DNA of 64,000 nt from Actinomycetota bacterium (GTDB taxonomy: Bacteria; Actinomycetota; Actinomycetes; S36-B12; UBA10799). Made by a program: the position numbers and the translations under genes. The stretch is from the NCBI GenBank assembly GCA_020637055.1, contig JACJWR010000002.1:271802-335801 (forward strand), written 5' to 3'. The notes beneath the pieces were generated by a model. It made no database searches. It was not told the DNA's origin and saw nothing but the letters and a program-made list of their open reading frames with translations. Positions 1-8,715 of this stretch are shown here, piece by piece. The stretch's first letter is position 1. Each line of letters starts with the position of its first letter.

Positions 1-596
1 TGTCGAAGGGCAGTCTCGAGGTGCTCGGAACGTCGCCCGAAAAGGCACAACGGCGGATCAGCTACGTGTTGCAGTCCACCCCGGTGGCACCTGGAGTGCC
101 GATCACGGTGTCAGAGGCCGTGGCTATGGGGCGCTACCCGCGAACGGGGCTATGGCGACGGTTCACTCGGCGCGACCACGCCGCGGTCGCCGCGGCGATG
201 AAACGTATGGACATCACCGACCTCGCGGGCCGGCACCTGTCGGAACTCAGCGGCGGGCAACGTCAGCGGGTGTTGGTCGCGCAGGGAATCGCGCAGGATC
301 ACGACGTGCTGCTGCTCGACGAGCCACTCACCGGCCTGGACGTGAATTCCGCACGGACAATCGACTCGCTGATCCACGGCGAACGGGCGGACGGCTGTTC
401 GGTCATCCTCACCACCCACGATTTGGACGAGGCGAGGGCCGCGGATTGGGTGCTCCTGGTCAGCGGGGAAGTGGTCGCCTACGGGCCGCCGGACAAGGTC
501 TGCACCCGCCGCAACCTCGAGGTGGCTTTCGGGTTGGGCAGCCTGCACGATTGGGAGGGATTCCTCGACGATCCGCACGAGCACGGCCAGCCGTGA
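1..596 (+). CDS. Metal (Zn/Mn-type) ABC transporter ATP-binding protein, C-terminal part; the 5' end lies outside the window
   Basis: The frame is open from the window edge. It has the ABC signature LSGGQRQRV, Walker B LLLDEP and an H-loop TTHD. The overall sequence resembles ZnuC/MntA-type ATPases. Confidence 0.85.
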   Translation, partial: SKGSLEVLGTSPEKAQRRISYVLQSTPVAPGVPITVSEAVAMGRYPRTGLWRRFTRRDHAAVAAAMKRMDITDLAGRHLSELSGGQRQRVLVAQGIAQDHDVLLLDEPLTGLDVNSARTIDSLIHGERADGCSVILTTHDLDEARAADWVLLVSGEVVAYGPPDKVCTRRNLEVAFGLGSLHDWEGFLDDPHEHGQP

Positions 597-662
597 ACGC
601 GGTGCGCTCCGGCTCGGAGCGCCCACTAAGGTAGGGCTCAATCGCGACAAGGAGCACATGAA

Positions 663-821
663 ATGACCAACCTGATTCTGGTGAGCGTGCTGTTGTTTGT
701 TGTTGCCGCCACGGCGTTGTGGGCCGAACGTGGCAAGACCGGCGGCGAGAATGTCTTCTTCGTCGTGGTGGTCGCTGTGCTGAGCGCCATCGGTGGTTTG
801 GTGGTCAACGCCGCCGGTTGA
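663..821 (+). CDS. Small hydrophobic protein (52 aa, two predicted TM helices)
   Basis: ATG at 663 lies a few nt after AAGGAG (650-655). Translation is MTNLILVSVLLFVVAATALWAERGKTGGENVFFVVVVAVLSAIGGLVVNAAG. It is too short for the ORF track and I recognise no homolog. Confidence 0.4.
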   Translation: MTNLILVSVLLFVVAATALWAERGKTGGENVFFVVVVAVLSAIGGLVVNAAG

Positions 822-1270
822 ACCCCGGCACTCAGGCTGGCGGATTGGTGCGGGCGCCCTCTCGGTTGCCTCAGTGATCGCCCGCGGGTGGTGGCTGACG
901 TGTGCGAGTGGGCGGCGACCTGGCAACCACCCCAGGCGACACCGGACTGGCTCGATTGCCCCTTCGGCTGGCCCGTGGCGTTCCGGCGATTCATGCGCGA
1001 CCTCAAGCCGCCGAGCGAGCTTCTAGGGTCCTCGAGGGCCGAGGATGACTCGGCCGCGCTATGGCGGCGCTCGCTGGCTCTGCGGGAAACCGGCGTGCCT
1101 GGGAGCACGAGGTTTTCGGAATGCCGCCCGGACGGAGCGGGACTGTCAACGGACCTGTTGTAGAGGTCCACCTGAGGGCCTCCTTGGCAATGTGGGAATT
1201 CCGGCCGGCCACTTGCAGCAGCCCCGGTTCGGAAATGTGTACTATTTCTTGGGTGAAGGTGTTGCACTGG

Positions 1271-1286
1271 TAGTACAGGCGTACTA
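1271..1286. promoter_or_regulatory. Perfect 6-4-6 palindrome TAGTAC-AGGC-GTACTA overlapping a TAAAAT -10-like hexamer just upstream of the DUF222/HNH start
   Basis: Read directly: tagtacaggcgtacta at 1271-1286. TAAAAT at 1285-1290 lies about 7 nt before ATG 1297. An extra GTACTA half-site is at 1239-1244. Confidence 0.35.
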
Positions 1287-1296
1287 AAATGGGGGC

Positions 1297-3225
1297 ATGT
1301 CCTCGTCCTCTGCGCCTGTGCAGCCTGCGGCCGTGTGCCGGCCGGCGGGCGCGTTTGTCCGTGGGGGGTCGGGTCAGGTGTGTGGTGGGGGTGCCGGCGG
1401 CGATGCGGGGTGGTCGGCTGGGCGGGTGGGTGCCGCGGAGGTCGGGTGGGATGGTGCGGCCGTGGGGGGTGTGTGGCTGGATGAGGTGATGGCGCCGACG
1501 GTTCAGCAGTTGCGGGAGGCCGCCGAGGTGATGGCCCTCGACACCGACCTGCCCGACACGCTCTGTTCCGAGGACGTCTTTCCCGACGCGGCCGTGCTCG
1601 GCGGGGATCTGTCCGAGGATTCTTTGCCGGACGCGGTTTTGACTGGGGCTGCTGTTGCCGAGTTTGCGCCGGGGCCGGTGCCGGCTGAGCACCCCGGCGG
1701 TGGTGGCGGGGTGGATCCGTGTTCGGGGCCGGTGCCGGAGGGGTTGGCGCGGTGGGTGCGCCGGGAGTGGTGGCTGGCGCCGGTTCGGGCCGAGGTGCGC
1801 CGGTTGATGTTGTTGGCCCCGGGGGTGGGGTTGATCGCCGGGTTGTCTGAGCTTGGGATGGGTGGGTCGTGTCCGGTCGATCATGGCCACCCTGATGCTG
1901 TGGTGGAGGCGGCCGATCCGACTCCGGTGCCGGGGAGTCGTGCGGGGTATCCGTGTGCGTGCCAGTTGATCGTGGCGGCGGGGTGGCAGGCGGTGGACAG
2001 TTGGGTTCAGGTCGGTGCCGCGGCGTCGCTGGTCGGTGCTGCGGGTGCGGTGCCGGTGGTGGCGACGCCGGCAGGTGTCGCCCGGGCGCGGGCCGCCGAT
2101 GCCTGCCGGGCGGAGTTGGCTGCGATGCTGCACCTGTCGGCGGCCTCGGTGCACGCGCGGCTGGTGCAGGCCCGGGATCTGCACGCGTTCCCGGCCCTGG
2201 CCGCGGTGGCGGGGTCGGGGTTGATGTTCACCTCGTCGTGGCGGGTCGTGCTCTACGAGACCGCGAACCTGCCCGAGGGTGCCCGGGCCCGGGTGGTGCA
2301 GCGGGTGGTGGACGCGGTCGAGGCCCGCCATGCCCAGGATCGGCGCCCGTGGACATCGGGGGAGACGCGCCGGGCGGTCAAGCGCGCGATCGCCGCGGTG
2401 GCCGCGGCGGAGGCGGCCCAGGCCCGCGCCCGGGCCCATGCCCGCCGGCGGGTGGCGGTCACGCCGGCAGGGGATGGCATGGCGTGGCTGAGCGGCTACA
2501 TCCGCGACGTCGACGCCCACCGGATCTACAACCGGCTCACCGCCGCTGCCGCGGCCGCGGCCGCCGACGACCCCAGCGGCGCGCGCAGCACCGACGAGCA
2601 CCGGGCCGATGCCCTGGTCGCGGCCCTGCTCAACCACCCACACCCCACCCCGGCAGACACCGCGGCCACGCCTCCCACCCCGGCAGACACCGCCACCACA
2701 CCTTCCACCCCACGGTCCACCACGCCTGGCCGGTCGGTGTCGCGGCCGGAGATCTGCGTCGTGGTGTCGCTGGCCACCCTGCTCGGCTGCGCGGATGCCC
2801 CGGGCGAGGTGCCCGGCTTGGGTCCGATCGACGCCGACGTCGCCCGCGCGCTGGCCGCCGACGGCCGCTGGCGCTGGTGGGTCACCGACCCCGCCACCGG
2901 CCAGGTCACCGTCACCGGCTCGCGCACCTACACGCCCTCGGCGGAACTGGCCAGACTGATACGCGCCAGGGAACCACACTGCCGCATGCCCGGATGCGCC
3001 CGACGAGCAGACCTGTGCGACCTCGACCACACCACCCCCTACCCGCACGGGCGGACCGACGCCGACAACCTCGGACCCCTATGCCGCGCCCACCACAACC
3101 TGAAAACCCACCACGGCTACGCACTGGCCAACCACCCCAACGCCCAGACCCACGCCTGGAAATGGACCTTCCCCTCCGGCCTGACCCACACCGACCAACC
3201 CGACCCACCACTGCCCGGACCCTAG
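1297..3225 (+). CDS. DUF222 domain / HNH endonuclease family protein (REP13E12-like)
   Basis: 642 aa. The C-terminus CRMPGCARRADLCDLDHTTPYPHGRTDADNLGPLCRAHHNLKTHHGY is an HNH nuclease motif. The long Ala/Arg-rich N-terminal region is typical of actinobacterial DUF222 proteins. Confidence 0.85.
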   Translation: MSSSSAPVQPAAVCRPAGAFVRGGSGQVCGGGAGGDAGWSAGRVGAAEVGWDGAAVGGVWLDEVMAPTVQQLREAAEVMALDTDLPDTLCSEDVFPDAAVLGGDLSEDSLPDAVLTGAAVAEFAPGPVPAEHPGGGGGVDPCSGPVPEGLARWVRREWWLAPVRAEVRRLMLLAPGVGLIAGLSELGMGGSCPVDHGHPDAVVEAADPTPVPGSRAGYPCACQLIVAAGWQAVDSWVQVGAAASLVGAAGAVPVVATPAGVARARAADACRAELAAMLHLSAASVHARLVQARDLHAFPALAAVAGSGLMFTSSWRVVLYETANLPEGARARVVQRVVDAVEARHAQDRRPWTSGETRRAVKRAIAAVAAAEAAQARARAHARRRVAVTPAGDGMAWLSGYIRDVDAHRIYNRLTAAAAAAAADDPSGARSTDEHRADALVAALLNHPHPTPADTAATPPTPADTATTPSTPRSTTPGRSVSRPEICVVVSLATLLGCADAPGEVPGLGPIDADVARALAADGRWRWWVTDPATGQVTVTGSRTYTPSAELARLIRAREPHCRMPGCARRADLCDLDHTTPYPHGRTDADNLGPLCRAHHNLKTHHGYALANHPNAQTHAWKWTFPSGLTHTDQPDPPLPGP

Positions 3226-3330
3226 AGTCGGGGTCTGAAACGTCCATTCATCGCTTCGGTGGGTTCATCGGGGGTGCTGAGGGGCACCAAATTCTGTCGT
3301 ACCCAAAGCCGTAGTGACCTGCACAAACAA

Positions 3331-3405
3331 TGGTGGGCGATACTGGGTTCGAACCAGTGACCCCTTCGGTGTGAACGAAGTGCGCTACCACTGCGCTAAT
3401 CGCCC
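3331..3405 (-). tRNA. tRNA-Val (anticodon CAC)
   Basis: 75-nt cloverleaf read on the minus strand. Acceptor GGGCGAT/ATCGCCC; D arm GCGC-AGTGGTA-GCGC; anticodon arm CTTCG-TTCACAC-CGAAG; T arm ACTGG-TTCGAAC-CCAGT; encoded ACCA 3' end. Confidence 0.95.
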
Positions 3406-3545
3406 CTGCTGCCGCCGACGTGGCGACGGGATGAGGCTAGCAGACGCCGCGACGGACTGGATCCAGCACCTGGGCGCCGAGGTGCTCCCACGTTCGGCGG
3501 CGCACAGACCCGATCGACCTGCTTCGCCGATGATCGAACTCTAGG

Positions 3546-5249
3546 GTGAGGTCACCCACGGCGAAAGGGCCTCAATTGCGGGCGCAGGACGAGTATGCGG
3601 CGCTGACTTCGGCGTTGGCCGCATCATTCGCCAGCATTGAATACGTGGTCGAACTCGACCCGCGTCGCATCCGCCACCTCGCGGGCGAACTCGTTGATCG
3701 GTTGCGCGCGAGCAGCGCCGAAGCCGAGGACAGTCAACACGATGCGGTGGGCGAGGCGCTGTTCGACGACGTCTGGGAGGAAGCCCTCAGCGAATCCGCT
3801 CCCGCGAGCCGCCTGGGTGGCGCCGAGATCGAGGAAGTTGTCTGCTACCACGTCGTCGCGCCAGGGGATTCCGTGCGGCTGCTCCACCGTTTCGTGCGAC
3901 GAATCGACAACGGTCGAACGCTGATCGTCGGTGCCGCTGCAGACACCACCGACGATTGGCGGATTCGGGAATCGCTAGAGCAGTCCGAAGCTCTGTACCG
4001 CGAGGTGGCCGAGAATTCCGCCGACTTCGCGATGCGCACCACACCGGATCGCGTGGTGGAGTACGTGTCGAACTCGGTGACAGGCGTCATGGGGTGGCGG
4101 CCGGAGGAACTCGTCGGGCGTCACATGCCCGAACTCCTGCACCCGGACGATCAACAACTGGCGGCAGACTTCTCCGACCGGCTCAACCGGGGCGAGCCGG
4201 TCTTCCTCCGGACGCGCTTCAAGACCAAGACCGGCGACTGGGTCTGGATGGCGCAGCACGTCAAACCGATTCTGTCCGAAGATGGTCGGGTCGTGGCCCG
4301 TGCCGGTGTCTGGCGGGACGTGAGTTCCGAGATGCGGTCACAGGCGGCATTGGAGGAGTCCGAGCAGCGATTCCGACTTGCGATGCACTCCGCACCATCG
4401 GGCATCGCCCTGGTGGGATCGAGGCGTGAATTCCGTGCGGTCAACCCGGCGCTCTGCCGGATCCTCCAACGTGATGAGGCGTGGCTACTCGACCACCGGA
4501 TGGACGACATCGTGCACCCCGAGGATGACGCGCTGGAGCGCTCGCTACACGCAGGTCGAGGAGCTCCGGACCAGGCGCCGCCGTCAGCCGAGTTGCGCTG
4601 TCTGCGTGCCGACGGCGAGCCGGTCTGGGTGGCCGAATCGGTCGGGTCGATGCAGGGTGCCGATGGCGAGGACTGGTCGGTGGTCCACATCGTCGACATC
4701 ACCGACGCCCGCGCGGCCAACGAACGACTGCGCTTCCTCGCCTCCCACGACGACCTCACCGGGCAACTGCGTCCGGCCGCGTTGAATGCTCGGCTCGGCG
4801 AACTACTGGCCCAGCATGCCGATGGCAGCCACGGCCGACTCGTCGCAATATTCGTCGATGTGGACGGCCTGAAGACGGTCAACGACTCCTTCGGGCATGA
4901 AGCCGGCGACGAGGTGATCAGGACGGCCGCCACCCGGATCGGAGCTGCGGTGCGGCGAAGCGATCTCGTGGCCCGAATCGGCGGCGACGAATTCGTCGTC
5001 GTGCTCAACGCCGTGCACGATCTCGCCGACGCCGAACGGGTCGCCGCGAAGCTGCAGGAAACCTTCGGGGAGCCGATCACGATCAAAGGTCAGCCGCTGA
5101 GGATGAGTCTGAGCATGGGGATCGCAGAAGCCCGACCCGACGACGATGTCGATGGGCTGCTTCGACGCGCGGACGTCGCGCTGTATGCCAGCAAGGCCGC
5201 GGGTCGCGCCCGAGCCACAGTGTTCACCGACGACATGACCGACGGATAG
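3546..5249 (+). CDS. PAS-domain diguanylate cyclase (GGDEF)
   Basis: The C-terminal GGDEF domain has DVDGLKTVNDSFGHEAGDEV and an intact RIGGDEF active site. An RRSD (RxxD I-site) lies 5 aa upstream. Two PAS-like segments precede it. Confidence 0.9.
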   Translation: MRSPTAKGPQLRAQDEYAALTSALAASFASIEYVVELDPRRIRHLAGELVDRLRASSAEAEDSQHDAVGEALFDDVWEEALSESAPASRLGGAEIEEVVCYHVVAPGDSVRLLHRFVRRIDNGRTLIVGAAADTTDDWRIRESLEQSEALYREVAENSADFAMRTTPDRVVEYVSNSVTGVMGWRPEELVGRHMPELLHPDDQQLAADFSDRLNRGEPVFLRTRFKTKTGDWVWMAQHVKPILSEDGRVVARAGVWRDVSSEMRSQAALEESEQRFRLAMHSAPSGIALVGSRREFRAVNPALCRILQRDEAWLLDHRMDDIVHPEDDALERSLHAGRGAPDQAPPSAELRCLRADGEPVWVAESVGSMQGADGEDWSVVHIVDITDARAANERLRFLASHDDLTGQLRPAALNARLGELLAQHADGSHGRLVAIFVDVDGLKTVNDSFGHEAGDEVIRTAATRIGAAVRRSDLVARIGGDEFVVVLNAVHDLADAERVAAKLQETFGEPITIKGQPLRMSLSMGIAEARPDDDVDGLLRRADVALYASKAAGRARATVFTDDMTDG

Positions 5250-5279
5250 CGGCGCGAGGTCTCGCCCATCGCCAGGTGG

Positions 5280-6050
5280 ATGCGTCAGACTGAGGTCATG
5301 CGGCGAGAGGTGTGGACCGTGCCCGCGCCAGGAGGGGCGGGCGGCACAGTGATCGCCTACGGCCATTGGGGCACGCCGGTGCTCTTCTTCCCGGCAGAGG
5401 GCGGCGCGGCGGGCGATCTCGAGGAACACGGGATAGTCGATGCGTTGTCGGCTCCACTGGAAAGGGGTGAACTCAAGCTGTACGCGGTGGACACCCACGA
5501 CGAGTCCACCTGGGCGGACACCTCGATACCCTGCGAGGAGCGGGCGCGCCGCCACGAGCACTACCACTCCTGGCTAGTCGACCAGGTGGCTCCGGCGATC
5601 CACGGGGATTGCGGGGGAGCGGTGAAGGTGGCCGCGGCCGGCATCTCCATGGGCGCATTTCACGCAGTGAACCTCACCCTGCGACGGGCCGACATGTTCC
5701 CCCACGCGGTGGGCATGTCGGGCAACTACGACCCGTCCACCTGGCACCCCTGGGGTGAACGCGGAGATTCCCTGTACTTCAACAACCCCTTCGCCTATGT
5801 CGCCAACGCTGAAGGTGAACACCTGGACTGGCTGCGGCATTCGGCGTTCGTTCAATTGGTGGCCGGGAGTGGAGAGTGGGAACACCACCCCACCTGGGCG
5901 CTGGAATCGAGCCGGGCGTTGGCCGACCTGCTCGGCCGCAAGGGAATCCCCAACCACCTCGACGTGTGGGGTGAGGATGCCGATCATGACTGGCCGACCT
6001 GGCGGCGCATGGTGGCCGTCCACGTCGCCGCCCTGGGCGGTCGGCCCTAG
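5280..6050 (+). CDS. Putative esterase (alpha/beta hydrolase, esterase-D-like family)
   Basis: 256 aa with a GISMG nucleophile elbow (GxSxG). Size and layout fit the 'putative esterase' family. The start could be the internal Met at 5298. Confidence 0.7.
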   Translation: MRQTEVMRREVWTVPAPGGAGGTVIAYGHWGTPVLFFPAEGGAAGDLEEHGIVDALSAPLERGELKLYAVDTHDESTWADTSIPCEERARRHEHYHSWLVDQVAPAIHGDCGGAVKVAAAGISMGAFHAVNLTLRRADMFPHAVGMSGNYDPSTWHPWGERGDSLYFNNPFAYVANAEGEHLDWLRHSAFVQLVAGSGEWEHHPTWALESSRALADLLGRKGIPNHLDVWGEDADHDWPTWRRMVAVHVAALGGRP

Positions 6051-6119
6051 GCCTCGGCCGGCGGGTTCGCTCGAGGGCGGGCGCTAGGCTGGACGCACCG
6101 GAAGCAGGAAGGAACCTCC

Positions 6120-8132
6120 TTGTCCATCACCGTCGTCCTCGACCCCGAAGGCCAGCCGCAGGAACTCCCCGACGGTGCCGATGCCGCGACCCTGTTCCGA
6201 GATCGTCGTGAGGTGCTCGTGGCGAGAGTGAACGGCGAACTGGTCGATCTGGCCACGACTCTGAACGACGGCGACCTGGTGGAGCCGGTGACGGCCGAAG
6301 ACCCGGATGGTCTGGCGGTGCTGCGCCACTCCTGCGCCCACGTGCTCGCCCAGGCCGTACAACAGGTCGATCCCGACGCCAAACTGGGCATCGGGCCGCC
6401 AATCCAAGACGGCTTCTACTACGACTTCGACGTCGACCGGCCGTTCACACCGGAGGATCTCGCCGAACTCGAGAAGCGCATGACGGCGATCATCAAGTCC
6501 GGGCAGCGATTCAGCCGACGGGTTGTGACGGACGACGAAGCGCGGACCGAACTGGAGTTCCAGCCCTACAAGTTGCTGCTGATCCAGTCCAAGGGCGGCA
6601 GCGATGCGTCAGCCGAGCCGGACTCCGAGATCATGGAAGTCGGCGGTTCCGCGCTCACCATGTACGACAACGTGGACCGGCGCGACCAGACGGTCTGGAC
6701 CGACCTGTGCCGGGGCCCACACGTGCCCACCACCCGGCACATCCCGGCCAACGCGTTCAAGCTGATGCGCACCGCCGCCGTCTATTGGATGTCCGACGAG
6801 CACAACCCGCAGTTGCAGCGGATCTACGGCACGGCCTGGCCGAACAAGGACCAGCTGCGCGAACACCTGACGTTCTTGGCCGAGGCGGCCAAGCGCGACC
6901 ACCGGCGACTGGGTGCGGAGTTGGACCTCTTCAGTTTCCCGGAGCAGATCGGGTCCGGTTTGCCGGTGTTCCATCCCAAAGGTGGACTGATCCGCAAAGA
7001 GTTGGAGGACTACTCCCGCAGAAGGCACGAGGAGTCCGGCTACGAATTCGTCTACAGCCCGCACATCACGAAGGCGGGTCTGTTCGAGACGTCTGGTCAC
7101 CTCGATTGGTACGCCGAGGGCATGTATCCGCCCATGCACCTCGACGCCGAGACCGACGGCGAGGGCAACGTCCGCAAACCGGGGCAGGACTACTACCTCA
7201 AGCCGATGAACTGCCCGATGCACAACCTCATCTTCGACTCGCGCGGCCGCTCTTATCGGGAATTGCCGCTTCGGCTGTTCGAATTCGGAAGTGTCTACCG
7301 CTACGAGAAGTCCGGCGTCGTGCACGGTTTGACCCGGGCCCGCGGATTCACCCAGGACGACGCGCACATTTACTGCACACCTGAGCAGATGCCCGCGGAG
7401 TTGGCCGATCTGCTGTCTTTCGTGCTCGATCTGCTGCGCGACTACGGACTCGACGACTTCTACCTCGAACTGTCCACCAGGGATCCGGCGAAGTCGGTCG
7501 GCGGCGAGGCCGAATGGGAGCAGGCCACCGAAGCGCTCCGATCGGCGGCGGAGGCGCAGGGCCTCGAATTGGTCACCGACCCGGGCGGGGCGGCGTTCTA
7601 CGGTCCGAAGATCTCAGTGCAGGCCAAAGATGCCATTGGTCGCTACTGGCAGATGTCGACGATCCAGGTGGACTTCCAGTTGCCCGAGCGCTTCGGGCTC
7701 GAGTACACCGCGGCGGATGGCAGCCGACAGCGACCGGTGATGATCCACCGTGCACTGTTCGGTTCGATCGAGCGGTTCTTCGCAGTTCTGCTCGAGCACT
7801 ACAACGGTGCGTTTCCTCCCTGGTTGGCACCGGTGCAGGTGGTCGGGGTGCCGGTTTCGGATGCCCACGTGGACTATCTGGCGGAGGTTGCGAGTCAGAT
7901 GCGGGCCCGCGGGATCCGGGTGGAGATCGACAGCGGTTCCGATCGCATGCCCAAGAAGATCAGGAACGCCACTCGGGCCAAGGTCCCGTTCATCATGATC
8001 GCCGGGGATGAGGACCAGGCCGCTGGAGCGGTGTCGTTCCGGATGCGGGACGGCACGCAGGACAACGGCATACCGGTGGCCGACGCGATCGAGCGGGTGG
8101 TCGAAGTCATCGAGTCCAAGGCTCAAGTGTGA
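6120..8132 (+). CDS. thrS: Threonine--tRNA ligase
   Basis: 670 aa. It has an N-terminal TGS-like segment, a second additional domain ([10 protein letters not shown]), class II core motifs ([17 protein letters not shown]) and a C-terminal anticodon-binding domain. Confidence 0.97.
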   Translation: MSITVVLDPEGQPQELPDGADAATLFRDRREVLVARVNGELVDLATTLNDGDLVEPVTAEDPDGLAVLRHSCAHVLAQAVQQVDPDAKLGIGPPIQDGFYYDFDVDRPFTPEDLAELEKRMTAIIKSGQRFSRRVVTDDEARTELEFQPYKLLLIQSKGGSDASAEPDSEIMEVGGSALTMYDNVDRRDQTVWTDLCRGPHVPTTRHIPANAFKLMRTAAVYWMSDEHNPQLQRIYGTAWPNKDQLREHLTFLAEAAKRDHRRLGAELDLFSFPEQIGSGLPVFHPKGGLIRKELEDYSRRRHEESGYEFVYSPHITKAGLFETSGHLDWYAEGMYPPMHLDAETDGEGNVRKPGQDYYLKPMNCPMHNLIFDSRGRSYRELPLRLFEFGSVYRYEKSGVVHGLTRARGFTQDDAHIYCTPEQMPAELADLLSFVLDLLRDYGLDDFYLELSTRDPAKSVGGEAEWEQATEALRSAAEAQGLELVTDPGGAAFYGPKISVQAKDAIGRYWQMSTIQVDFQLPERFGLEYTAADGSRQRPVMIHRALFGSIERFFAVLLEHYNGAFPPWLAPVQVVGVPVSDAHVDYLAEVASQMRARGIRVEIDSGSDRMPKKIRNATRAKVPFIMIAGDEDQAAGAVSFRMRDGTQDNGIPVADAIERVVEVIESKAQV

Positions 8133-8689
8133 ACACCGAACATGGGGGAGTACCCGCACCGGCCGGCGGTGGTGACGACCGCTGGAATCGACTGTGGACA
8201 CCCCATCGGATGGCCTACATCAAGGGCGCCAACCGGCCGAGCAAGGAGAAGCAGGACACTGAATGCCCGTTCTGCCGGGTACCGGAGATGGCCGAGCCGG
8301 AGTCGTTGATCGTGCACCGTGGTGAGACCGCCTACGTGGTGCTCAACCTCTACCCCTACAACTCCGGGCATCTGCTGGTGTGTCCGTATCGCCACGTTGC
8401 CGATTACACCGACATCGACGACGTGGAAGCGGCGGAGATCGCCAGGCTCACGCAGCAGGCGATGGCAACCTTGCGGGCGGCTGCCGCGCCGCACGGTTTC
8501 AACATCGGCATCAACCAGGGCAACATCGCCGGCGCCGGGGTCGCGGCCCACCTGCACCAACACGTCGTGCCCCGCTGGGGCGGTGACATCAACTTCATGC
8601 CGATCGTGGGGGGCACCAAGACCATGCCGATGCTGCTCGAGCAGACCAGGGATCTGCTGGCGGAGCACTGGCCCGGCACCCAGCAGTGA
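8129..8689 (+). CDS. HIT family protein (Ap4A phosphorylase-like)
   Basis: Histidine triad [10 protein letters not shown] and [13 protein letters not shown] 4-nt overlap with the thrS stop indicates translational coupling. Confidence 0.9.
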   Translation: MNTEHGGVPAPAGGGDDRWNRLWTPHRMAYIKGANRPSKEKQDTECPFCRVPEMAEPESLIVHRGETAYVVLNLYPYNSGHLLVCPYRHVADYTDIDDVEAAEIARLTQQAMATLRAAAAPHGFNIGINQGNIAGAGVAAHLHQHVVPRWGGDINFMPIVGGTKTMPMLLEQTRDLLAEHWPGTQQ

Positions 8690-8715
8690 ACTCGCAGCGC
8701 CGTCGATCGCCCTGA

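Noticed and set aside
1150-1240. Possible cobalamin riboswitch (GGGAATTCCGG...GCCACTTGCAGC)
   Set aside because: There is only a loose resemblance to the B12 box (GCCACTG). The conserved GGTG..AA.CC and CCCGC core elements are absent, and the downstream DUF222/HNH gene is not a plausible B12-regulated target.
1003-3048. 681-aa minus-strand ORF
   Set aside because: It is antisense to the DUF222/HNH gene. The translation is an Arg/Gly/Pro/His-rich low-complexity string with no motifs, which is typical of a GC-driven shadow frame.
3226-3330. Possible att site or terminator between the DUF222 gene and tRNA-Val
   Set aside because: There is only a weak 5-bp hairpin (GGTGC...GCACC). I found no direct repeat of the tRNA 3' end elsewhere in the window, and no integrase.
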